This document shows positions 18,640-27,542 of a DNA stretch of 57,968 nucleotides, piece after piece. Position 1 is the first letter of the stretch. Every line of letters starts with the position of its first letter. Position numbers and translations under genes: made by a program. Source of the DNA: Coleofasciculus sp. B1-GNL1-01 (GTDB lineage: Bacteria > Cyanobacteriota > Cyanobacteriia > Cyanobacteriales > Coleofasciculaceae); the NCBI GenBank assembly GCA_040220235.1, contig JAVJTO010000080.1, one strand, 5' to 3'. A model generated the notes under the pieces. The model saw only the letters and a program-made list of their open reading frames with translations. It searched no databases and had not been told where the DNA came from.

Positions 18640-20736
18640 TCATAAGATTGCTCGCATCACGTCAGCCCAATATTTATCCTGATACTCTATGAATATCTTT
18701 AAGGCTGTCAGGAAATTATCCGTGACTTCGGCGTAGTTTTCCTGTTCTTGTGCCAATAATCCTAACTGATAATAGGTGCTAGCTTGATTGTAGCGATCGC
18801 TAAATTCTATCTTAATATCCAGAGCTTGCTGATAGTAGGACTTTGCCCGGTCATACTCCCGTAACTTTACAGCAATGTTTCCTAACTGGTGATAGGTGGA
18901 TGCTTGATTGTCGCGATCGCTAAATTCATTCTGAATATCCAAAGCCTGCTGATAGTAGGACTTTGCCTGCTCATATTCCCGCAACTCTTCAGCAACCACT
19001 CCTAAGTTGTGATAGGTGCTAGCTTGAGAGTAGCGATCACTAAATTCATTCTGAATATCCAAAGCCTGCTGATAGTAGCGTTTTGCCTGGTCATACTCCC
19101 GTAACTTTACAGCAACGTTTCCTAACTGATGATAGGTGGATGCTTGATTGTAGCGATCGCTAAATTCATTCTGAATATCCAAAGCCTGCTGATAGTAGCG
19201 CTTTGCCCAGTTATACTCCCCCAACTCTTCAACAACCACTCCTAAGTTATGATAGGTGCTAGCTTGATTGTAGCGATCGCTAAATTCATTGTAAATATCC
19301 AAAGCCTGCTGATAGTAGTGCTTTGCCCAGTTATACTCCCGTAGCTTTACAGCAACGTTTCCTAAGTTGTGATAAATGCTAGCTTGATTGTCGCGATCGC
19401 TAAATTCATTGTAAATATTCAAAGCCGACTGATAATAGCGCTTTGCCTGCTCATACTCCCGTAACTTTACTGTAACGTTTCCTAAGTTGTGATAAATGCT
19501 AGCTTGATTGTAGCGATCGCTAAATCCTATCTGAATATCAACAGCCTGCTGATAATAGCGCTTTGCCCGCTCATACTCCCGTAACTCTTCGGCAACCACT
19601 CCTAAGTTATGATAAGTGCTAGCTTGAGAGTAACGATCGCTAAATTCATTGTAAATATCCAAAGCCTGCTGATAATAGCGCTTTGCCTGCTCATGCTCCC
19701 GTAACTTTACTGTAACGTTTCCTAAGTTGTGATAAATGCTAGCTTGATTATCGCGATCGCTAAATTCATTGTAAATATCCAAAGCCTGCTGATAGTAGTG
19801 CTTTGCCTGGTCATACTCCCGTAACTTTACTGTAACGTTTCCTAACTGATGATAGGTGGATGCTTGATTGTCGCGATCGCTAAATTCCAGATAAATATCT
19901 AGAGCCTGCTGATAGTAGCGCTTTGCCTGCTCATATTCCCGTAACTTTACCGTAACATTTCCTAAATTGTGATAGGTGGATGCTTGATTGTAGTGAGCGC
20001 TAAATTCATTGTAAATATCCAAAGCCTGCTGATAGTAGCGCTTTGCCTGCTCATATTCCCCTAACTTTACAGCAATGTTTCCTAAGATATGATAAATGCT
20101 AGCTTGATTGTCGCGATCGCTAAATTCCAGGTAAATATCTAGAGCCTGCTGATAGTAGCGCTTTGCCTGGTCATACTCCCGTAACTTTACAGCAATGTTT
20201 CCTAACTGGTGATAGGTGGATGCTTGATTGTCGCGATCATCAATCTGTTGAGCAATCTCTAAGCATTGCTGATAAAATGCTTCTGCCTGTTGAAATTGTC
20301 TCAATTTCAGGTAAATCGTACCCAGATCAAATAATACCGTCGCTTCACTCTGCCGATCCGCCAATGTCTGGGAAAAGGTTAAAGATTGCTCATAACACTG
20401 AATTACCGCATCAAATTGGCGTTGCTGCTGATACGTCTCACCTAAATGCTTAAGCACCTTGACATGAAAGGCTAAATCATCCGGCTTCAATTTCAGTGCT
20501 TGCTCTAAATACTCCCTGGCGGCTTCCGGTTTTCCCTGATGCAAATACGCGATACCAAGCTGTTCTAAAATTGTTGTGTACTGTTCAAGATTTTCTCCCG
20601 TGGCATATTCTCCCGCTCGTTGATACTCCATTAGAAGACGCTGGAGTAATTCAATCTGTTCTGGCTGGGTATTATCAGAGGGATAATTGGCTTGACTCAT
20701 ACAGATATATCCCAGGGGAGATAAGCTGTTCGGCAT
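18640..20736 (-). CDS. TPR-array protein without recognisable effector domain
   Basis: Twelve near-identical 40-aa units ASTYHxLGxVAxxLREYxQAKRYYQQALDIxxEFSDRxNQ. Confidence 0.92.
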   Translation of the reverse strand: MPNSLSPLGYICMSQANYPSDNTQPEQIELLQRLLMEYQRAGEYATGENLEQYTTILEQLGIAYLHQGKPEAAREYLEQALKLKPDDLAFHVKVLKHLGETYQQQRQFDAVIQCYEQSLTFSQTLADRQSEATVLFDLGTIYLKLRQFQQAEAFYQQCLEIAQQIDDRDNQASTYHQLGNIAVKLREYDQAKRYYQQALDIYLEFSDRDNQASIYHILGNIAVKLGEYEQAKRYYQQALDIYNEFSAHYNQASTYHNLGNVTVKLREYEQAKRYYQQALDIYLEFSDRDNQASTYHQLGNVTVKLREYDQAKHYYQQALDIYNEFSDRDNQASIYHNLGNVTVKLREHEQAKRYYQQALDIYNEFSDRYSQASTYHNLGVVAEELREYERAKRYYQQAVDIQIGFSDRYNQASIYHNLGNVTVKLREYEQAKRYYQSALNIYNEFSDRDNQASIYHNLGNVAVKLREYNWAKHYYQQALDIYNEFSDRYNQASTYHNLGVVVEELGEYNWAKRYYQQALDIQNEFSDRYNQASTYHQLGNVAVKLREYDQAKRYYQQALDIQNEFSDRYSQASTYHNLGVVAEELREYEQAKSYYQQALDIQNEFSDRDNQASTYHQLGNIAVKLREYDRAKSYYQQALDIKIEFSDRYNQASTYYQLGLLAQEQENYAEVTDNFLTALKIFIEYQDKYWADVMRAIL
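18784..20223 (-). repeat. Intragenic 120-bp tandem repeat x12
   Basis: Sequence recurs exactly every 120 bp. Confidence 0.93.
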
Positions 20737-20779
20737 TTAAACCTTAATGTCAATAAGGGGGAAATCCTTGCCGTAGTGC

Positions 20780-20866
20780 GTTTAGCGAAGCCATGCCGCA
20801 GGCTTTAGCGAAGCCATGCCGCAGGCTTTGCATCTTGCCCGCTACATTGAGCATCTTGCTCGCTAC
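20780..20866 (+). repeat. 23-bp tandem duplication TTTAGCGAAGCCATGCCGCAGGC plus GCATCTTGC(C/T)CGCTAC pair
   Basis: Seen directly. Confidence 0.75.
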
Positions 20867-20983
20867 TAATACCCAATTTAAATGCATGACAGCTTAATGG
20901 ATTAAATACTATAGTAAGGGTTAAGACAGCGCAACTACGAAGGTTATAATCAAATCGGTTGAAAGACGCGCGATCGCACCATC

Positions 20984-22225
20984 ATGTCCCCGACTAAACC
21001 CTGTATCCCCATCCCTCCACCCCTGATGATGTCAGAGGAGGGTTCCTTTGCTCACCAGACACTGACGCAACGCTGGGTGACGATTATTGAACGGGCGATC
21101 GCATCCAACAACTATCCCGCCTCGATTACTCAGAATCTAGAGAATCTGCGTCAGGAATTGCCTTACGGAATCGTGCGATCGCTTGAGGATGAAACTCAAC
21201 CCGATTTAGAGGCGTGGAATACCTATATGTCACCCTACCAGGGAAAACGCTGGATTGATATCCCCTGGTATCCCGCAGAAGTCTATCTCTACCGTCGCAT
21301 TTTAGAAGCCACCCACTATTTTCAACCGGGAAAATGGCACCGAGTCGATCCCTTTGAACCCCAAAAACACAGCAGTTTGGCAAAGGTAATGTCCGCGATT
21401 GAGACAATGAGTGGCAAAATTAACACCTTTGTCGATGCTCAAGGGAAATGGAACCGTACCGATTTAATCGCCCTCTTTTATTTTGCCCTTTGGGGAAATC
21501 GCATTGATTTAAGCCTGTTTCCCACTGACGCGGGAGAGAGTCAGCGGATGAATATTGAAGCCTATCGCGAACAGGCAAATCTTTTAGTTGATCATACCCC
21601 CCAAATTGCTGATCACATTGCTCATCTTAAGGGCGTTCGCATTGATTTAATTGTGGATAATGCTGGGTTTGAGTTGTTCTGTGATTTATGTGTAGCTGAC
21701 TTTTTAGTGAACAGTGGAATCGCTCAACCTGTTTACTTGCATCTGAAGCCTCATCCGGTATTTGTGTCTGATGCCATGATTAAGGATGTTCAGCACACCA
21801 TTAATGTTCTCTGTCAGCATAGCCATCAGGATGTCCAATCTTTAGGAAAACGTCTCCAGAATTATATTGACAACGGTGACATCATCTGCTGCGAGGATTC
21901 CTATTGGACAGCCCCCCTTGCCTTTTGGGATATGCCAGAATCATGGCGCAGTGAATTAAATCAATCCCAATTCGTGATGATTAAAGGAGATGCCAATTAT
22001 CGCCGCTTACTGGGCGATCGCGAATGGGATTATACGACGCCCTGGGAAGACATTGTTTGCTATTTTCCCGCCCCATTTGCCGCTCTACGTACCTTTAAAG
22101 CTGAAGTCGCCGCTGGATTACAACCGGATCAAATTAAGCGATTGAATCAAGATGATCCGCAATGGTTAACCAATGGACAATGGGGCGTTATTCAATATTT
22201 CAACGGATATACACTGTTAGGCTGA
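20984..22225 (+). CDS. DUF89/ARMT1-family damage-control metal-dependent phosphatase
   Basis: LWGNRIDLS, DNAGFEL..D, PVFVSDA, KGDANYRRL, LRTFKAE. Confidence 0.92.
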   Translation: MSPTKPCIPIPPPLMMSEEGSFAHQTLTQRWVTIIERAIASNNYPASITQNLENLRQELPYGIVRSLEDETQPDLEAWNTYMSPYQGKRWIDIPWYPAEVYLYRRILEATHYFQPGKWHRVDPFEPQKHSSLAKVMSAIETMSGKINTFVDAQGKWNRTDLIALFYFALWGNRIDLSLFPTDAGESQRMNIEAYREQANLLVDHTPQIADHIAHLKGVRIDLIVDNAGFELFCDLCVADFLVNSGIAQPVYLHLKPHPVFVSDAMIKDVQHTINVLCQHSHQDVQSLGKRLQNYIDNGDIICCEDSYWTAPLAFWDMPESWRSELNQSQFVMIKGDANYRRLLGDREWDYTTPWEDIVCYFPAPFAALRTFKAEVAAGLQPDQIKRLNQDDPQWLTNGQWGVIQYFNGYTLLG

Positions 22226-22382
22226 GTTGGTTCAGTTTTAGCCTGTGCGATCACAACGGTATATAATCAGTAATCGGTTCATTTTAGGTTTCCTGTTAGG
22301 GGATAAGGAAGACTAGAGTGGGGTTGTTACCAGCTCTCCGTCTGCCGCTGATTTTTACCCAATTTTCAGTAATATTTATTAA

Positions 22383-22799
22383 ATGCGAGAAAAAATCCTC
22401 TATGGGGAGCGAGTGCTGAATCCCAACTCCCCCGGTGGTATTTCTAATAAACTGATAGGCGCACACTCACCCAAAATTAAAAGCCGTTCGGATTTCAATG
22501 TCGAAATTCTGAGTAACAACCCAGATGGTACAACAACGGTAAGGCTGATTAAACAATTTCCAGATGGTAATATCTCTAAGCGCAAGAAGTCTACCTTAGC
22601 ACCAGATAATTGGAGTGATGACAAGATTATCGATGCGACTAATCAAGTTGCTCGTACTGCTCCCATAGCTATTCGTTTACAAGATCGAGCAACCTTGCAT
22701 CGACAAACTATTGATGGCGTAGACTGGGTAGTAATCAATGATACTTTGGGCAATGTGATCTCTTCTTATCCTACTGGCGGTCAACCAATCCAATTCTAA
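22383..22799 (+). CDS. Stand-alone bacterial EndoU-type RNase toxin domain
   Basis: GAHS, KSTLAPDNWSDDKIIDA and terminal SSYP match polymorphic-toxin EndoU motifs. Confidence 0.75.
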   Translation: MREKILYGERVLNPNSPGGISNKLIGAHSPKIKSRSDFNVEILSNNPDGTTTVRLIKQFPDGNISKRKKSTLAPDNWSDDKIIDATNQVARTAPIAIRLQDRATLHRQTIDGVDWVVINDTLGNVISSYPTGGQPIQF

Positions 22800-22811
22800 G
22801 GCGGTGGTACT

Positions 22812-23276
22812 ATGACAATGTTCCAAAAGCTAGATACGTATTTGAGCCAAGAGTTTTCCGACGACTATTGGTATGATGATGCTGAGTTCTACGCCTGTGA
22901 TCTGGTTAAACAACTGACACACTTAGATTGGAATACACTTCATACTAGCTGGAAAAATCGTTCAATTCTTTGGCAGGTGCGCTGTGCGGAAATTCTTGAC
23001 TGGGGGGATATCAATCAGGCAATTCCGTTGTTGCTGGATATGATTGCAAGCGAGAATGACGAGTTAACGCTAGCGGCGGCGGATTCGTTGCGATCGCTCA
23101 ATCTGGTAGAATTAGATTTCCCTGTCTGTGTTGATGAGAAGGTTTTAGCACGTTTGCAGACGGTGAAAGAAACAGGGAATATTGCTAAACGCATTATCAA
23201 TGAACTACTCAAACAATTACAGGGGAATCTTGAAAATTGCCGCTTGAGTAAAATAGCAGATTCACCACCAATATGA
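22812..23276 (+). CDS. Putative cognate immunity protein (helical, HEAT-like)
   Basis: Starts 12 bp downstream of the toxin. Acidic/aromatic SDDYWYDD patch. Confidence 0.65.
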   Translation: MTMFQKLDTYLSQEFSDDYWYDDAEFYACDLVKQLTHLDWNTLHTSWKNRSILWQVRCAEILDWGDINQAIPLLLDMIASENDELTLAAADSLRSLNLVELDFPVCVDEKVLARLQTVKETGNIAKRIINELLKQLQGNLENCRLSKIADSPPI

Positions 23277-23294
23277 GTTGAGCCAACCTCTTCC

Positions 23295-24056
23295 TTAATT
23301 TTTTGCGGCTAGAACTTGTTCAATAAACTGTTGCATCCGTTCAAAATGTGACCCTTGCCAATAAATCTGATCACAGGTTTGACAGCGATGAAATTCATCA
23401 ATGGATTGTCGTGTTTTCTCCGGTAACTGATCCGCGATCGCCTCTTTTTCAACAGGTTCTAATACGCCATTACAGCGGATACACCGATGAAAGGGTAAAA
23501 TAGCATCAAATAAATCGAAGCGGCGCAAAACTTCAACGATTTGTTGATCCGGGTTTTTGGAGCGCACATAATACCCATAAGTCACTATAGAACGCATCAG
23601 TAATCGGGTATCGCGAGTTAACAGAATCCGTTGCTCATCCGCCGAAACTTGGGCTAACTCTGGATCAGCGTAGTCATTGCGATAAAGGGTATCAAACCCC
23701 AACAACCGCAACGCATTCGCTAATTTCCCTAAATGAATATCCAAGACAAACCGATACTCCTGGGGTTCAGGGGGACTCACCCGAATGCTAGGATTGATTT
23801 CATCTAATACTGAAATTGGACAAACCGTGACGCGATCGCCATCCTGGACAATATAGGAAAAATCAACCGATTCTCCATTCACCAAAATCGCATCGACTTC
23901 CGGATGAGGAACCCCCAGCGATTCGATCATATCCTTAATCGAGGTTCGTCCTTTAAACTCATGGGAAAAGCTAACATGACGTTTATTTGGGGGCAAAAAA
24001 TAATTCAATTCTGCCAGAAAATTAAATTCAGCAGTTGCCATGATGGGGATTGTCAT
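23295..24056 (-). CDS. Ubiquitin-like + Mut7-C RNase domain protein
   Basis: SIKDMIESLGVPHPEV, FVLDIHLGKLA..LR.LGFD, LLTRD, CxxC...CxxC..YWQGSH. Confidence 0.92.
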   Translation of the reverse strand: MTIPIMATAEFNFLAELNYFLPPNKRHVSFSHEFKGRTSIKDMIESLGVPHPEVDAILVNGESVDFSYIVQDGDRVTVCPISVLDEINPSIRVSPPEPQEYRFVLDIHLGKLANALRLLGFDTLYRNDYADPELAQVSADEQRILLTRDTRLLMRSIVTYGYYVRSKNPDQQIVEVLRRFDLFDAILPFHRCIRCNGVLEPVEKEAIADQLPEKTRQSIDEFHRCQTCDQIYWQGSHFERMQQFIEQVLAAKN

Positions 24057-24140
24057 TGGTCATTTGTCATTGGTCATTTGTAAGGGTTTGAGAACTGTTT
24101 ACACAACTTAGTAATGTGGCATTTATTTCCACTAACTGAC

Positions 24141-26231
24141 TTATTGCCGATCGCGTTCCAAATCCCGAATGACTTTTTGCCAATACCAATCCTCGGAATG
24201 TCCCGGATTAATGCTTTTCACCTGATTCAATAATCGCTTCGCCACTTGCCAATCTCCCTGAACCATGCCATAAAGCTGATACTGGAATTTAGCCGAGGGT
24301 TTGTTTCCATCCGATAAGTCGCTAATATCAGACCAAGGACTTAATCCTCGCCCTGCTTGCTGTTGCTGAATCCGATCCAAGCTTCCCGTGGGAATTGATT
24401 CAATAAGCTGGCGCGTGTACTCCGTTTGTGGTTCCCGATAGATACTCTCCGCCGCATCGATTTCCTCGATTCTGCCCTTATTCATCACCATTATGCGATC
24501 GCTCATAAATTTGACCACACTCAAGTCATGGGAGATAAAGATATAGGTTAAATTCAACTCATCCTTTAACTCACTCTGTAACTCCTTGAGCAAATTCAGT
24601 ACCTGCGCCTGTACCGACACATCCAAGGCAGAAACCGATTCATCGCAGATAATAAACTTAGGCTCAAGTGCTAGCGCCCTAGCGATACAAACCCGTTGGC
24701 GTTGTCCCCCCGAAAACTCGTGGGGATAGCGGTTCATCCAGTCGGCGTTTAACCCCACTCGCTCAAACAAATAAGCGGCGCGATCGCGACGGGATTTGGC
24801 ATTATTTCCCCATTTATGAATCACCAATGGTTCCATCACCGCATCCCCAATCTTCATCCGAGGATCGAGAGAACTAAAGGGATTTTGGAAAATAATTTGC
24901 ATCTTTTGCCGCATTTGCCGCAAGCGCCTGCCTTTAATATGGGTGATATCTTCATTTTCAAAGGTCACCTTACCCCCCATCGGTTCAATTAAACGCAATA
25001 ATGTCCGGGCAAGGGTTGATTTACCGCACCCTGATTCCCCCACCAGTCCCAATGTTTCGCCTTTGTACACCTCAAAGGACACATCATTGACCGCCATAAT
25101 ATAGCGTTTGGTTTTGCCAAATACGTTGGACACCGGAAACCCCACCCGGAGATTTTCAACGGCAAGTAGGGGAGAGGCTGAGGCGTCAGCAATGGCAAGA
25201 TTATCTCGCTGAACCTTTGCCCCATTTTCCTGATCAAACGTTGGAGATTTTTCGCGAATGTCTACCTTACCCTCCTCAGTTTTTATCTCCTCCATGAAAT
25301 CAGCCACAGTGGGTAAGTATTTGAGATGTTTTTCTAATGTAGGACGACAGGCTAATAATCCTTTCGTGTACGGATGCTGGGGATGAGAAAAAATCTGCCA
25401 AACATCGCCACTTTCAACAATATTTCCTCGATACATCACCGCCACGCTATCGGCAATTTCAGCAATTACGCCTAAGTCGTGGGTGATGAAAATCATCGAC
25501 ATTCCGCGCTGATCCCGTAACTCCCGCAGCAAGTCCAGAATTGCCGCCTGTACGGTAACATCAAGGGCGGTACTGGGTTCATCCGCAATCAGAATCTCCG
25601 GATCACAGGCAATTGCCATGGCAATCATCACCCGTTGCAATTGACCCCCGGATAGTTCGTGAGGATAGCGTTTGAGCATTTCCTGCTTGCGCTGATTCAG
25701 GTACTGGCTGATCACGCGATCTGTGGCGGTGTCGTCAGGATTTTCCTGTTCATACTCCAGCTTAAGTTCCTGATCACTGGGAATCAGCCGCACTTCTTGC
25801 AGCCGTGCGATCGCCTGACGCCGTGCTTCACCTTGGGAGATGTCCTGATGCTGTAAAATCGCCTCGATAAGCTGAAACCCGATTGTGTAGACGGGGTTGA
25901 GGGAACTCATCGGTTCCTGGAAGATCATCGAAATTTGACCCCCCCGAAACAAGCGTTTTCGTTCGGGATTCAGCGTCAGCAACTCAATGGGTTGAGCGCG
26001 ATCGGCTTTGGGTTTAAAATAAATCTCCCCCTGAGTAATTTTACCCGGCGTTGACACTAACCCCATCACCGCCAGTGAGGTGACTGACTTCCCCGAACCC
26101 GACTCCCCGACAATACCCAGGGTTTGCCCCCGTTTCACTTGAAAACTAATCCCATCAACAGCGAGGACTTGCTTTTCATCGGTTTTAAATTTGACTTGCA
26201 GGTTGCGAACGTCGAGAACGGTATCAGCCAT
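24141..26231 (-). CDS. Peptide ABC transporter ATP-binding protein (two fused ATPase domains) with C-terminal extension
   Basis: Two GESGxGKS motifs, LSGGQ/FSGGQ, HPYT motif, extra ~60-aa tail. Confidence 0.93.
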   Translation of the reverse strand: MADTVLDVRNLQVKFKTDEKQVLAVDGISFQVKRGQTLGIVGESGSGKSVTSLAVMGLVSTPGKITQGEIYFKPKADRAQPIELLTLNPERKRLFRGGQISMIFQEPMSSLNPVYTIGFQLIEAILQHQDISQGEARRQAIARLQEVRLIPSDQELKLEYEQENPDDTATDRVISQYLNQRKQEMLKRYPHELSGGQLQRVMIAMAIACDPEILIADEPSTALDVTVQAAILDLLRELRDQRGMSMIFITHDLGVIAEIADSVAVMYRGNIVESGDVWQIFSHPQHPYTKGLLACRPTLEKHLKYLPTVADFMEEIKTEEGKVDIREKSPTFDQENGAKVQRDNLAIADASASPLLAVENLRVGFPVSNVFGKTKRYIMAVNDVSFEVYKGETLGLVGESGCGKSTLARTLLRLIEPMGGKVTFENEDITHIKGRRLRQMRQKMQIIFQNPFSSLDPRMKIGDAVMEPLVIHKWGNNAKSRRDRAAYLFERVGLNADWMNRYPHEFSGGQRQRVCIARALALEPKFIICDESVSALDVSVQAQVLNLLKELQSELKDELNLTYIFISHDLSVVKFMSDRIMVMNKGRIEEIDAAESIYREPQTEYTRQLIESIPTGSLDRIQQQQAGRGLSPWSDISDLSDGNKPSAKFQYQLYGMVQGDWQVAKRLLNQVKSINPGHSEDWYWQKVIRDLERDRQ

Positions 26232-26347
26232 GACACTCTAAAACGAGAATTAACAAAAATTTTAACAAGCCAATGCCCTATCGTACCGCATCCCCATTGA
26301 TTCGCGATCGTACTGTGTCAGTTCACTAATGTCACACCCGTAGCCAG

Positions 26348-26415
26348 TAGGGTGGGTTAGGCGGAATTTCGATCGAAGCGATAACCATTTAATGCCGTAT
26401 CCGCCGTAACCCACC
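26348..26415 (+). repeat. GTAG-led palindromic element GTAGGGTGGGTTAGGCGGA...TCCGCCGTAACCCACC
   Basis: Inverted arms around a variable spacer. Confidence 0.75.
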
Positions 26416-26570
26416 GATGTTAACAGGGAAATATATTATTTTATCAATATTTCAGATAATAATCTTAAGTTTTGTTGGTTTCCTGCATTTAAATTTTTCC
26501 CACGATGGCGGCGCAGCATAGCTAAAATGCTAGAAGCAATAAGGTGTGCCACGCCACTACATACAAATAG

Positions 26571-27533
26571 ATGAAAACAGTATTTACATTAGGACCCGCT
26601 AGTGAAAACAAACGCCTGATTACTCAGTTGTCCCAAACCGCCGATCGCTTTCGGCTGAATGTAGCGCATTTAACAGCAGAAGGCTTAAAAAAATGGTTAG
26701 AACGCTTAACCGAAATCTTCACCGAACACGGTAAAACCTTACCCCTGGTTTTAGATTTACAAGGCGCGAAAATGCGAGTTGGCAGCTATCCCAGTTGTGA
26801 CTATCTTCCTGAAAAAGTCAGATTATTTTTCGGTCAATCCTCTGATGATATCACACAGATACCGATTCCTGACAAAAACGTATTCCAAGCCTTAAGTATC
26901 GGTGATATTCTTTCGCTCAATGATGCCCGAATTCAACTCGAAGTTATCGCGATTCAGCCTAAAAGTGCAACGGCTAAAGTTTTAACCAATGGCGGATTAA
27001 GTTCCTATAAAGGGATTAATCGGGTGAATCATCCTATCCCTTTTAGCCAATTAAACCAACACGATCAGAGGGCGGTTGAGTTGGGGTTAACCTATCCCTT
27101 TGTTCAATTTGCCTGTTCTTTTGTCTTAGATGGTAAAGAGGTAACACCGATTCGCCAGCAAATAGGCGATCGCTATTTAATTGCCAAAATTGAACGCCCT
27201 GAAGCCATGCGTCATCTTAGTCAACTGGATCAAGGCTTTGATGAATTGTGGTTCTGTCGTGGGGATCTGGGGGCGCAGGCGGGATTGAAGGCGCTAGGAG
27301 AATTACAAGCCGCGTTTATTTCCCAGTTTCCTCAATTATCCAGCCCAAAATTTCTGGCGGGTCAAGTATTAGAATATATGACCCATTTTCCCCAACCTAC
27401 CCGGAGTGAAGTGGTACATTTATATGATATCCAACAGGCTGGATTTGATGGAATTGTCCTTTCTGATGAAACTGCCATTGGGCAATATCCCGCACAAGTG
27501 GCAGAGTTTTTAGCCCACGTTTATGAACCATGA
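26571..27533 (+). CDS. Short, divergent pyruvate-kinase-like protein (barrel + lid, no C domain)
   Basis: TLGPAS, RLN.AH, DLQGAK, SFV, AKIE, RGDLG, PTRSE, DGIVLSDETA.G.YP. Confidence 0.85.
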   Translation: MKTVFTLGPASENKRLITQLSQTADRFRLNVAHLTAEGLKKWLERLTEIFTEHGKTLPLVLDLQGAKMRVGSYPSCDYLPEKVRLFFGQSSDDITQIPIPDKNVFQALSIGDILSLNDARIQLEVIAIQPKSATAKVLTNGGLSSYKGINRVNHPIPFSQLNQHDQRAVELGLTYPFVQFACSFVLDGKEVTPIRQQIGDRYLIAKIERPEAMRHLSQLDQGFDELWFCRGDLGAQAGLKALGELQAAFISQFPQLSSPKFLAGQVLEYMTHFPQPTRSEVVHLYDIQQAGFDGIVLSDETAIGQYPAQVAEFLAHVYEP

Positions 27534-27542
27534 ACCCGAATA

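Noticed and set aside
7272..20736. Diversity-generating retroelement acting on the TPR arrays
   Set aside because: No reverse transcriptase in the window, and the differences between units are not adenine-specific.
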